Positions 7,892-16,340 of a stretch of 17,436 nt of DNA are shown in pieces; the first letter of the stretch is position 1, and the number at the start of each line of letters is the position of its first letter. The translations under genes and the position numbers were made by a program. A model generated the notes under the pieces. It did no database searches and was not told the DNA's origin. It was given only the letters and a program-made list of their open reading frames with translations. This DNA is from a bacterium (GTDB lineage Bacteria; Desulfobacterota; DSWW01): positions 1 to 17,436 of the forward strand of contig JBFLZG010000140.1 in NCBI GenBank assembly GCA_040756235.1, in the 5' to 3' direction.

Positions 7892-8374
7892 CTACGGCAT
7901 GTCTTTTCTGAAGAACAGCCTCGTGTATTCTTCCTCACTGAGCTCGAGCTCACGGGTGCGATGGCTCAGGAGCTCGCGGAGGGAGTCGATCTGCTGCTTG
8001 ATCTTCAGATGGGTCTTGATCCTGGCCACTGCGGTTTCGAGGTTGAACGGCTTCCTGATGTAGTCCACCGCCCCGAGCTTGAGGCAGGGGGTTTCGTAGT
8101 CCTCATTCGACATGCCCGTCAGGAACAGGACCGGAATGTCGCAGGTCTTGCTTTCGGACTTCAGGGCTTTGCAGACCTCATACCCGTTCATCTCGGGCAT
8201 GTCGATGTCCAGGAGGATCAGGTCCGGAGGCGGCGACGAGCTCAGGATCAGCTGCAAGGCCTCTTTGCCGCCGGGAGCGATGAGGATTTCACTCTCCTCG
8301 CGCAATGCTTCAACCAGAATGCCCAGGGAAGACGGGTTATCATCGGCGAGGACGATCTTGGCTCTTTTTCCCAT
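7892..8374 (-). CDS. Response regulator: receiver domain plus short helical tail, no output domain
   Basis: IVLADDN, PDLILLDIDMPEMNGYEVC, IPVLFLT, GAVDYIRKPF and ARIKTHL. ATG 8374 follows G-rich RBS-like sequence. Confidence 0.88.
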   Translation of the reverse strand: MGKRAKIVLADDNPSSLGILVEALREESEILIAPGGKEALQLILSSSPPPDLILLDIDMPEMNGYEVCKALKSESKTCDIPVLFLTGMSNEDYETPCLKLGAVDYIRKPFNLETAVARIKTHLKIKQQIDSLRELLSHRTRELELSEEEYTRLFFRKDMP

Positions 8375-8497
8375 TTCCCCACCCCTTTCCCCACACCCTT
8401 CAGGCCGAAACGGCTGGGCCGGCAAAGTCCCAATTGGAGGGTTTCTGCTTGGGAGAACTTCGTGTCGATTCCGAATCCAAGCAGAAAATGGCCGCCG

Positions 8498-8884
8498 GGT
8501 CAAGCCCGGGGAGGGCGGCTTCGACCTCGTGACCGGCCAGGGAAGTGAAGTGGGCCCTCCCCGTCCCCTCCACGGCCGGAACCCCCTTGCTTTTGACCGT
8601 GTTCGCGATGATCACGGTCGGGCCCTTGCGGCCAGGGAACGCTTCCAGCGCGCCCAGGATGGCCCGCAAGTCGTGGCCATCGATCAGTGCGTGTTCCAGC
8701 AGAAGCTGCGCCACTTGTCCTCGAGGGGGTCCAGGGGCAGAGTCAGGTCCACCTGGCCGGTCGCCTGCCAGCCGTTGCGGTCCACGAGGGCCAGCAGGTT
8801 CTCCAGGCCGAACCGGGGGGCCGACAGGGCCGCCTCCCAGACCGACCCTTCCTGCAGCTCGCCGTCGCCCATGAGGACGACCGA
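8498..8884 (-). pseudogene. Transketolase N-terminal (TPP-binding) subunit fragment, 5'-truncated and frameshifted
   Basis: VVLMGDGELQEGSVWEAA...LVDRNGWQATG...PLEDKWRSFCWNT in one frame, continuing as LIDGHD...PTVIIANTVKSKGV...H in another frame (shift near 8685-8690). Confidence 0.88.
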
Positions 8885-8894
8885 ACATGCTTTC

Positions 8895-9007
8895 CGTCAT
8901 TCCGGCGCAGGCCGGAATCCAGTCCCTGCACCCAGTTCCTACAGCTGGTCTGGGTGCACCCTTCTGGATCCCGGCTCCCACGGCTCCCCAGCCGGGCCGG
9001 GATGACG
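8895..9007. repeat. CGTC-tagged REP doublet
   Basis: cgtcattccggcgcaggccggaatccag, a 41 nt spacer, then ctggatcccggct...gccgggatgacg. A degenerate extra arm lies at about 9021-9039. Confidence 0.88.
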
Positions 9008-9152
9008 AAATATGACACAGCCGCTGAAGCGGGAATCCACTGCACCCCGGGATCCCGGCTGCAAGAACGGCTCCAAAAGGTCCTTTTTGCTTCATGGCTG
9101 CATCTAATTGGCGCAATTTGGCAGATTTTTGATCACGGATACGGATTAGGAA

Positions 9153-10037
9153 ATGACATCACTGAGAACGCCGATCCGCTCCAGGGTCGGCCACCACTCC
9201 CGCATGTCTCACCCCTCTCTGAAAAAAGCCGGAAGGAACCGGGACGAATCCGGGGACCAGCACCGCCATCTTTCGGGAGAGATCCTGCTCGCACAGGACA
9301 ATGAGCGCAAGCTCGTTGCCCAGGAGATCCACGATCGTGTGGGCCAGATGCTGGTAGCCATCAAGTACCGGGTCGAGAGCGCCCTGCTGAGCCTGAACGG
9401 GACCAACCGCGAGTCGGCCAGGCTGGTCGAGGACCTTGTCCCCCTGATCCAGCAGGCCATCCAGGAGACCCGCAGGCTTCAGTTCTTCCTGCGGCCCTCC
9501 ACGCTGGATGAGCTGGGGCTTCTCAAGACCGTCGACTGGCTCTGCCGTGAGTTCCAGCGGGCCCACCCGGGCATCCGGGTCGAGAAAGACGTCCAAATCG
9601 CCGAAGCCGAGATCCCGGAGGTCCTGAAGATCACGATCTTCAGAATCCTTCAGGAAGCCATGATGAACGCGGGCAAGCACAGCGGTACGGGGCTCATTCG
9701 CCTCGCCCTGTGCGTGAGAGACGGCCACCTCGAGCTGGAGGTCCGGGACGATGGCCACGGCTTTGACTTGTCGCGGGAGGGCGCCGCCCGGGCGCTCGCC
9801 AGGGGCCTGGGCATCTCGAGCATGCTGGAGAGGGCCCAGCTTTCGGGCGGGGTGCTGTGCATCGAGTCGGAGCTGAATCGAGGCACCTCGGTTTGGGTGC
9901 GTTGGCCTCGGGCTGAACCGCATTCCAGGCGCGACTTCGGAGCCCTGAGGGGGAAGTGCTCGAAGGTCGGCTGCCCCCGGAAACCGATTGTCTCCTGGCC
10001 CGATGGAGCAGAGTGCCTGCGGTCCTGCGGCACCTGA
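9153..10037 (+). CDS. HisKA_3 (NarX/UhpB-type) histidine kinase without recognisable sensor domain
   Basis: ERKLVAQEIHDRVGQ H-box, LRPSTLDELGL, FRILQEAMMNAGKHS N-box, VRDDGHGFD and GLGISSMLERA. Start codon uncertain (9153 or 9204). Confidence 0.85.
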   Translation: MTSLRTPIRSRVGHHSRMSHPSLKKAGRNRDESGDQHRHLSGEILLAQDNERKLVAQEIHDRVGQMLVAIKYRVESALLSLNGTNRESARLVEDLVPLIQQAIQETRRLQFFLRPSTLDELGLLKTVDWLCREFQRAHPGIRVEKDVQIAEAEIPEVLKITIFRILQEAMMNAGKHSGTGLIRLALCVRDGHLELEVRDDGHGFDLSREGAARALARGLGISSMLERAQLSGGVLCIESELNRGTSVWVRWPRAEPHSRRDFGALRGKCSKVGCPRKPIVSWPDGAECLRSCGT

Positions 10038-10132
10038 GAGGCCGCAAGCCTGATCGGACGCCTCTCGGCCATGGAGGCCGAGCCTCGCCGCGCTCGTTCA
10101 GCGGCTGATTCTCGCCATTTTCCGTAAATTCC

Positions 10133-10173
10133 TTGCTAGGTCCGCAGTCCATTTTCTAGAATAATTACTTCTA
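10133..10173 (+). promoter_or_regulatory. Putative sigma70 promoter for the kaiC operon
   Basis: TTGCTA (10133-10138), 18 nt spacer, TAGAAT (10157-10162) in an AT-rich island. Short inverted repeat TAGAA-N7-TTCTA at 10157-10173. Confidence 0.45.
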
Positions 10174-10246
10174 AATAATACTGCCTGCTTCCGGAGCCCG
10201 ATCCAGGTGAGGGCTCTGGGGGGCTGAAACCGAGCGAGGGAAGCCC

Positions 10247-11965
10247 ATGGTTCGACCGATCAGGAGGAATCTCGGCAAGAAGGCGGAAGCGGGCCTCTTG
10301 AAATGCCCGACGGGCATCCGCGGGCTCGACGAGATCACGCAGGGGGGACTCCCCCGCGGCCGTACCACGCTCGTATGCGGGGCCGCAGGCTGCGGCAAGA
10401 CCCTGCTCGGCATGGAATTCCTGGTCCGCGGGGCGCTCGAGCACGGCGAGCCCGGGGTCTTCATGGCCTTCGAGGAGAGCGCGGAAGAGCTCGAGAAGAA
10501 CTTCGCATCCCTCGGCTTCGACCTGGAAGCGCTGACCCGGGAGAAGCGGATTTCACTCGACCACATCCAGATCGAGCGCAGCGAGATCGAAGAGACGGGC
10601 GAGTACGACCTCGAAGGTCTCTTCGTCCGCCTGGGGTACGCCATCGACTCGATCGGCGCCAAGCGGGTCGTCCTGGACACCATCGAGACGTTGTTCTCGG
10701 GGCTCTCCAACACCTCCATCCTGCGGGCCGAGCTGCGGCGGCTCTTCCGCTGGCTCAAGCAGAGAGGCGTCACGGCGATCGTCACGGGCGAGCGGGGTGA
10801 AGGCAGTCTCACCCGCCACGGGCTGGAAGAGTACGTGGCGGATTGCGTGATCCTGCTCGACAACCGGGTGAATGAGCAGATCTCGGTCCGGCGCCTGCGC
10901 ATCGTCAAGTATCGCGGTAGCCGGCACGGCGCCAACGAGTACCCGTTCCTGATCGGGGACCATGGCCTGCTGGTCATGCCGATCACCTCTCTCGGCCTCG
11001 AGCACGACGTCTCGGAAGGGCGCGTGCCGACCGGGATCTCCCGCCTGGACTCCATGCTCGGCGGCAAAGGATTCTTCCGGGGCTCGAGCATTCTCGTTTC
11101 CGGCACCGCCGGAACCGGCAAGACGAGCATCGCCAGCACCTTCGCGGACGCCGCCTGCCGCCGCGGGGAGCGCTGCCTCTACCTGGCCTTCGAGGAGTCG
11201 GCCCGCCAGATCATGCGCAATATGTTTTCCATCGGCCTGGACCTGGGCCGCTGGGCGAAAAAGGGGCTCCTCCAGTTCCACAACGCCCGGCCCACGGCGT
11301 TCGGCATGGAGACGCACCTGGCCGAGATGTACAAGTGCGTCGATCAGTTCAAGCCCGACGTCGTGGTCGTAGACCCCATCACCACCTTCGTGGCGGTAGG
11401 GCAGGAGGGCGACGTCAAGGCCATGCTGACCCGCCTGGTGGATATGCTGAAGATGAGGCAAACGACGGCCCTGTTCACCAATCTCAGCGCGCCCGAAAGC
11501 CTGGAGAAGACTGATCTCGCCCTTTCATCCCTTATGGACACGGTGCTCTTGCTGCGCGACGTGGAGACGAACGGGGAGCGCAACCGAGGGATCTACGTGC
11601 TCAAGTCGCGCGGTATGGCCCACTCCAACCAGATCCGCGAGTTCCTCCTGACCGACAAAGGGATCGAGCTCATCGACGTCGACCTCGGCCCGGGCGGGGT
11701 GCGGATGGGGTCTTCCCGGATCCGGAAAGAGGCCTCAGAGCGGCTCGCGTCCCTGGAGCGGCAGCAGGAGATAGGTCGCAGGAAGCGGGAGCTCGAATCC
11801 AGGCGCGCGGCGATCGAAGCCAAGATGGCCGCCCTCCGGACCGATATGGAGGCCGATGAGCAGGAGCTGGCACGGCTCGCGGCCGAGCAAGCCGAGCGAG
11901 AGAAGGCGCAGAGCGAAGCCTCTGCGGAGATCGCGCGTGCCCGCAGGGCGGATCGAGATGCTTGA
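10247..11965 (+). CDS. kaiC: Circadian clock protein KaiC (double RecA-like domain, KaiC2-type with C-terminal coiled coil)
   Basis: PTGI.GLDEIT.GGLP, Walker A motifs GAAGCGKT and [12 protein letters not shown] in both domains, [16 protein letters not shown] and [16 protein letters not shown]. Phosphosite region LSSLMDT. Confidence 0.96.
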   Translation: MVRPIRRNLGKKAEAGLLKCPTGIRGLDEITQGGLPRGRTTLVCGAAGCGKTLLGMEFLVRGALEHGEPGVFMAFEESAEELEKNFASLGFDLEALTREKRISLDHIQIERSEIEETGEYDLEGLFVRLGYAIDSIGAKRVVLDTIETLFSGLSNTSILRAELRRLFRWLKQRGVTAIVTGERGEGSLTRHGLEEYVADCVILLDNRVNEQISVRRLRIVKYRGSRHGANEYPFLIGDHGLLVMPITSLGLEHDVSEGRVPTGISRLDSMLGGKGFFRGSSILVSGTAGTGKTSIASTFADAACRRGERCLYLAFEESARQIMRNMFSIGLDLGRWAKKGLLQFHNARPTAFGMETHLAEMYKCVDQFKPDVVVVDPITTFVAVGQEGDVKAMLTRLVDMLKMRQTTALFTNLSAPESLEKTDLALSSLMDTVLLLRDVETNGERNRGIYVLKSRGMAHSNQIREFLLTDKGIELIDVDLGPGGVRMGSSRIRKEASERLASLERQQEIGRRKRELESRRAAIEAKMAALRTDMEADEQELARLAAEQAEREKAQSEASAEIARARRADRDA

Positions 11966-12005
11966 GGGCGCGTGTCGCTCTCGCCGGAAAAGGAGAAAGC
12001 ACCCC

Positions 12006-12344
12006 ATGACCTCCAAGCCCAAGGCCGTCCGGGAGGCTGCACCGCGGAAACGCAAGGCTCCGGCGAAGAAAGAGTGGGAGCTCCGGCTCTACGTGGCGGG
12101 ACAGAGCCCGAAATCCGTTGCCGCATTCGCCAACCTCAAGAAGATCTGCGACGACTATTTGAAAGGGATCTACCGGATCGAGGTCGTCGATCTCCTGACA
12201 AATCCTCAACTCGCCAAGGGAGACCAGATCCTGGCCGTTCCCACCCTGGTGAGGAAGCTGCCCGAGCCGGTGAGAAAGATCATCGGCGATCTTTCGAATA
12301 CCGAGCGGGTGCTCGTGGGCCTGGATCTCAGGCCCATCCGATGA
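12006..12344 (+). CDS. kaiB: Circadian clock protein KaiB (copy 1)
   Basis: [22 protein letters not shown]...[56 protein letters not shown] upstream. Confidence 0.95.
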   Translation: MTSKPKAVREAAPRKRKAPAKKEWELRLYVAGQSPKSVAAFANLKKICDDYLKGIYRIEVVDLLTNPQLAKGDQILAVPTLVRKLPEPVRKIIGDLSNTERVLVGLDLRPIR

Positions 12345-12411
12345 TCCGCTCAGAGTGCACCGTGCACGGCGGTCCTTCCCTCGAAGGAGAAAGGCCCAAG
12401 GCGGTAAGCGC

Positions 12412-12846
12412 ATGACGAAAAAACCTGTGTCAGCTGAGCTGTTGGAAAGAATGGGCAGGAGTGGGGCTTCCAAAGGGTACCTCCTCAGGCTGTACGTCGC
12501 CGGCACCACGCCCAGGTCGAGCCGCGCCATCATGAACCTGAAAAAGATTTGCGAGGACCATCTCAAGGGTCGTTACGAGCTCGAGGTGATCGACATCTAC
12601 CAGCAGCCCGCACTGGCCAAAGGGGACCAGATCATCGCCGCACCCACCCTCATCAAGCAGCTTCCCGAGCCCCTGCGGAGATTCATCGGGGACATGTCCG
12701 ACACGGAGCGGATCCTCGTGGGGCTGGATCTGCGGCAAAAGCGAGAGAAAAAACCATCGCGGGATCGCGGGACCGATGAAGAAAGCCAGGAAGAACAGAC
12801 GGCCGCTGCTCGTCGAAATCGAAGATCTCCGAATCCGGCTCGATGA
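12412..12846 (+). CDS. kaiB: Circadian clock protein KaiB (copy 2)
   Basis: YLLRLYVAGTTPRSSRAIMNLKKICE.HL.GRYELEVIDIYQQP.LA..DQIIAAPTLIKQLPEPLRRFIGDMS..ERILVGLDL. Confidence 0.93.
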   Translation: MTKKPVSAELLERMGRSGASKGYLLRLYVAGTTPRSSRAIMNLKKICEDHLKGRYELEVIDIYQQPALAKGDQIIAAPTLIKQLPEPLRRFIGDMSDTERILVGLDLRQKREKKPSRDRGTDEESQEEQTAAARRNRRSPNPAR

Positions 12847-14044
12847 GGCGGAAGCGACCCTTGCCGCCATCCGCAGGGGGGAGGTGGATGCCCTGGTCGT
12901 CCAGGGACCCGAGGGCGAGCAGGTCTATACGCTCAAGGGGGCAGAAGGTCCCTACCGGGTGATCCTGGAGACCATGAGCGAGGGCGCGGTCACGGCCACT
13001 GCGGGCGGAACCGTCCTCTACTGCAACCAGCGCTTTGCCGAGATGCTCGGCAAGCCTCTGCAGTCCGTGCTCGGCCAATCTCTGCACGAATTCGTTACTC
13101 CGGAGGAAGCGCCCGGGCTGGAGCGGGCGCTCGAGGAAGCGGGGAGAGGCCCGTCCAGGAATGAGCTTTCGCTCCAAGGGCCGAGCGGGACGGCGGTTCC
13201 CGTCCAGGTTTCCGTTGCGCCTCTGAGCACCCACGGCATCGAGGCGATCTGCATGGTCGTGACCGACTTGAGCGAGCCCAGGCGGAGCCAGGAGGCGCTA
13301 CGCCAATCCGAGGAGCGGTTGCGGCAGCTCTCCGCCAACCTCCTCAGGGCCCAGGACCAGGAACGCAAGCTGGTGGCCCAGGACATCCATGACGGCGTGG
13401 GCCAGCTCCTGGCAGCCATCAAGTACCGGGTGGAGGAGGCCCTCCGGAGCATGACGGGATTGCCTGAGGAGAAGATCCGCCCGGTGGCGGCCCTGGTCCC
13501 GATGCTCCAGTCGGCCATGCAGGACGTGCGCAGGATCCAGCACGCCCTGCGGCCCAGCCTGCTCGACGACCTGGGGCTCCTCAAAGCGATCGAATGGTTC
13601 TGCCGCGAGTTTCAGACGACCTACTCGAGGGTGCGGGTGATGCAGGAGATCCAGGCCGCTGAGCAAGACGTCCCCGAACCTCTGAAGACGACGATCTTCC
13701 GGATTCTGCAGGAGGCCCTGAACAACACTGCGAAACACAGCGCCGCGAGCACGGTCTGGATCTCGCTGCAGAGCTCGAACGGGGACCTCGACCTCGTGAT
13801 CCGGGACAACGGCAGCGGCTTCGAGCTGGGGCGGTACAGAGCTGCCAAGACCCTCGGGCGCGGGCTCGGGCTCTCGAGCATGATGGAGAGAGCGCAGCTT
13901 GCCGGCGGCACCTTGTCCATCGAATCCGCCCCGAACAAAGGGACCACGGTCCGGGCGAGCTGGCCTCGACAGAGCCTCCTGGATCTCGCATCCGGCGGCA
14001 AGCCTCCCGAAAGGGTCCTTCCGACCAACCGATCCGCGCGCTGA
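12776..14044 (+). CDS. PAS-domain HisKA_3 sensor histidine kinase of the kai cluster
   Basis: N-terminal LRIRLDEAEATLAAIRRGEVDALVV segment, PAS domain (YRVILETMSEGA...LYCNQRFAEML...VVTDLS), H-box ERKLVAQDIHDGVGQ, and HATPase boxes (QEALNN.AKHS, DNGSGF, GLGL..M.ERA). Confidence 0.92.
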   Translation: MKKARKNRRPLLVEIEDLRIRLDEAEATLAAIRRGEVDALVVQGPEGEQVYTLKGAEGPYRVILETMSEGAVTATAGGTVLYCNQRFAEMLGKPLQSVLGQSLHEFVTPEEAPGLERALEEAGRGPSRNELSLQGPSGTAVPVQVSVAPLSTHGIEAICMVVTDLSEPRRSQEALRQSEERLRQLSANLLRAQDQERKLVAQDIHDGVGQLLAAIKYRVEEALRSMTGLPEEKIRPVAALVPMLQSAMQDVRRIQHALRPSLLDDLGLLKAIEWFCREFQTTYSRVRVMQEIQAAEQDVPEPLKTTIFRILQEALNNTAKHSAASTVWISLQSSNGDLDLVIRDNGSGFELGRYRAAKTLGRGLGLSSMMERAQLAGGTLSIESAPNKGTTVRASWPRQSLLDLASGGKPPERVLPTNRSAR

Positions 14045-14052
14045 TTCTTTCC

Positions 14053-14296
14053 CGTCATTAGAGGCCGGCTCTTTCCCGTCATTCCGGCGGAGGCCGGAAT
14101 CCAGTCCCTGTTCATTCAGGCTGTCGTTCCCGCGGCAAGCGGGAATCCCTCCCTCTGTGCCTCGGGGGCCTGGCTCTTTTCCGTCACCCCGGCGCAGGCC
14201 GGGGTCCAGTCCCTGCCACCCGGTAACCACCGCTGTGCATGATGCACCCTTCTGGATCCCGGCTCGCACGCGCTCCGCGCATGGGCCGGGATGACG
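14053..14296. repeat. Cluster of CGTC-tagged REPs: solo arms plus one complete doublet
   Basis: Truncated arm at 14053, arms at 14077-14104 and 14123-14148, and a complete doublet at 14182-14296 with a 42-nt spacer. Confidence 0.88.
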
Positions 14297-14300
14297 AAAG

Positions 14301-14373
14301 AGGGCGACGCGTGCGTCGCCCCTACGAGAGTTGGTCCGGACCCGGGGAAGGGCGCAGCAAGCATCGCCCCTAC
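14301..14373 (-). repeat. Two GTAG-tagged REP palindromes
   Basis: Reverse complements read GTAGGGGCGACGCACGCGTCGCCCT (14301-14325) and GTAGGGGCGATGCTTGCTGCGCCCT (14349-14373). Confidence 0.85.
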
Positions 14374-14482
14374 AAGTCCCTGGAGAGCGCCGCCTCCTTG
14401 CTTTGCCCTCACCTCCGGTGATAAACATTTCCAGGATAAATTGCCTACCTCCCGCTTCTTCCACCTGCCAGAGGAATCCCGA

Positions 14483-16216
14483 ATGCCTCCGAAAGCGCCG
14501 TCTGAAGAGCCCGGGACCCTGCTCGTCACGGGCGGCCGGGTCCTCGCGCTGGACGGCAGCCCGCGGCCGGCCGAGGCCATCGTCCTCCGAAACGGCCGCG
14601 TGGCCGGCGTGGGGAGCGAGCGGGCCATGGAGATCCTGGCCGGTTCCGGGGCCGAGCGGCTGGACGCGCAGGGCTCCACGGTCATGCCGGGTCTGGTGGA
14701 CACGCATCCCCACCTGCTGCATTTCGGCGTGCTGAGCCACCCGCTGGTCGATCTGTCGGACGCCAAATCCCATGCCGAGATCGCGGAGCGGATCCGGCGC
14801 CGCGCCAGCGAGCTTCCGGCCGGCAAGTGGCTCATGGCGACCCCCGTCGGAGAGCCGCATTACTTCCTGCGCCGGTCCTTTCGAGACCTCGAGGAGAGGA
14901 CCCTTCCGGATCGGCGCATCCTGGACCAGGCGGCTCCCGGCCATCCCGTCATGATTCAGGCCTGGGCGCCGGTCACGCCGAACGTCTGCGCCTTGAACAG
15001 CGCCGCCCTGGCGGCGCTGGGCATCAACCGGGACACTCCCGACCGGGTGGAGAACGTCTGGATCGAGAAGGACGCACGCGGCGAGCCCACCGGGATCCTC
15101 CACGGGTCGGTGAACACGTATTACTCCAACGACCGTTTCATGAACGGGTTGCTCAAGGGGCTTCCGCTGCTGGATCCGGAGTCCGCCCTGCCCGGCACGC
15201 GCAGGGCCATGGCCGAGTACAACCGGCTCGGGGTGACCACGGTCTACGAGGGCCACATGATGGGTCCCCTGGAGATGGAGGTCTACAGGACCCTGCGTGC
15301 ACAAGGGGCCCTCACCGTGCGCGTGCTCATGGCCGCGGAGGCGGAGGTCTACGGTGTGCCCTGGGCACAACCTCTCACGACCGACGAGTTCCGGCTCAAC
15401 CTGGAGACCGCCCTTGCGGGGACCGACCTCCATGACGAGCTGTGCCGGACCAACGGGGTCACGGTCTCGCGCGGGGGACCCTGCTGGCCGGGCTTTCTGC
15501 GCATGCTCGAGCCCTACCGAGGCCCCTACGGCGAGCAGACCCGCGGGGTCACATTCGTTTCGGGCGAGAAGGAGCGGATGGCCATCGAGTTCTGCGCCGC
15601 GAGCGGCCTGCGGCTCAACTGCATCAACACCGGCAGCCGCGATCACGACGAGTTCCTGGATCGCGCGGAAAGCATTCTGGCCGAGCGGCCGGGAGCTTCC
15701 CGCGGCTGGATCCTCCAGCATGTCTACCTGATCACGGCCGGGCAGGCCAAGCGTTACGCGGCCCTCGGCTTTCAGGTGACCACGAGCATGTCCTTCTCGT
15801 GGGGCAAAGGGGACCTCATCGCGGACCGAATCGGCGAGCACGTGCTTGATGACCTCATCCCCCTGCGGCGGCTCCTCGATGCTGGGCTGGTCGTGGGCTG
15901 CGGCACGGACTGGGGGCCGAAGAACGTCTTCGAGCACGTCCAGCTGGCGGAAACCCACTGTTTCTGCGGGAGCGGCCGCCGCAACCGTGGTGCCGGTCAG
16001 CCGGTCACGCGTCTTGAAGCCTTGCTCATGTGGACCCGGGACGCCGCGCGCGTGCTCGGGTGGCAGGGAATCGGCACCCTCAGGCCCGGCCATCACGCGG
16101 ACCTGATCGTGGTGGATCGCGATCCCCTGACCTGCGACCTCGACGATCTGCCCGGCACGCGAGTGCTGCGCACCTATTTGGGCGGTCGGGTGGTCTATGA
16201 TTCAGGCGAGCTGTAG
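14483..16216 (+). CDS. Amidohydrolase family 3 (YtcJ-like) protein
   Basis: AEAIVLRNGRVAGVG, LDAQG.TVMPGLVDTHPHL, LNSAAL..LGI, GEPTG.L, LGVTTV, GTDW and GTL.PG..ADLIVVDRDPL...VL.TY.GG.VVY. ATG 14483 follows GAGGA. Confidence 0.92.
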   Translation: MPPKAPSEEPGTLLVTGGRVLALDGSPRPAEAIVLRNGRVAGVGSERAMEILAGSGAERLDAQGSTVMPGLVDTHPHLLHFGVLSHPLVDLSDAKSHAEIAERIRRRASELPAGKWLMATPVGEPHYFLRRSFRDLEERTLPDRRILDQAAPGHPVMIQAWAPVTPNVCALNSAALAALGINRDTPDRVENVWIEKDARGEPTGILHGSVNTYYSNDRFMNGLLKGLPLLDPESALPGTRRAMAEYNRLGVTTVYEGHMMGPLEMEVYRTLRAQGALTVRVLMAAEAEVYGVPWAQPLTTDEFRLNLETALAGTDLHDELCRTNGVTVSRGGPCWPGFLRMLEPYRGPYGEQTRGVTFVSGEKERMAIEFCAASGLRLNCINTGSRDHDEFLDRAESILAERPGASRGWILQHVYLITAGQAKRYAALGFQVTTSMSFSWGKGDLIADRIGEHVLDDLIPLRRLLDAGLVVGCGTDWGPKNVFEHVQLAETHCFCGSGRRNRGAGQPVTRLEALLMWTRDAARVLGWQGIGTLRPGHHADLIVVDRDPLTCDLDDLPGTRVLRTYLGGRVVYDSGEL

Positions 16217-16340
16217 AGGCTGGCGATAAACGGCCATCTGCGGCGTTGCGCTCGTCCTTCGTCACTGCGGCGTACTGCCATGTACGCCTCGTTCCTCAGG
16301 ACTTCGCGCGCCTTGCATCTGGCCATTTCTCACCAGCCTC
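16216..16340. mobile_element. 125-bp MITE-like non-autonomous element with terminal inverted repeats, flanked by TA
   Basis: Left TAGAGGCTGGCGATAAACGGCCA (16214-16236) versus the reverse complement of the right end TAGAGGCTGGTGAGAAATGGCCA (16320-16342) match at 20/23. Central hairpin GGCGTAC-N6-GTACGCC. Confidence 0.8.

Noticed and set aside
8375..8500. Possible c-di-GMP or other riboswitch upstream of the response regulator
   Set aside because: The GAAA/GGCAAA-like words are on the wrong strand for that gene and the consensus architecture could not be built.
9108..9123. Possible sigma54 promoter TTGGCGCAATTTGGCA
   Set aside because: GG to GC spacing is 9 nt rather than the required 10.
9153..10246. 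kaiA or sasA upstream of kaiC
   Set aside because: The upstream gene is a HisKA_3 kinase with no KaiA or KaiB-like domain.
14291..14482. N-terminal extensions in the ORF track (also 354..524, 16246..16404, 5051..5674)
   Set aside because: They run through repeats, the MITE or other genes, and downstream starts match the family N-termini, most with clear RBS.
13298..16096. 932-aa minus-strand ORF (and other long antisense ORFs such as 5026..6273, 6303..7469, 864..1856)
   Set aside because: These are shadow frames of well-supported genes in GC-rich DNA. They have no motifs, and the 932-aa frame crosses repeats.
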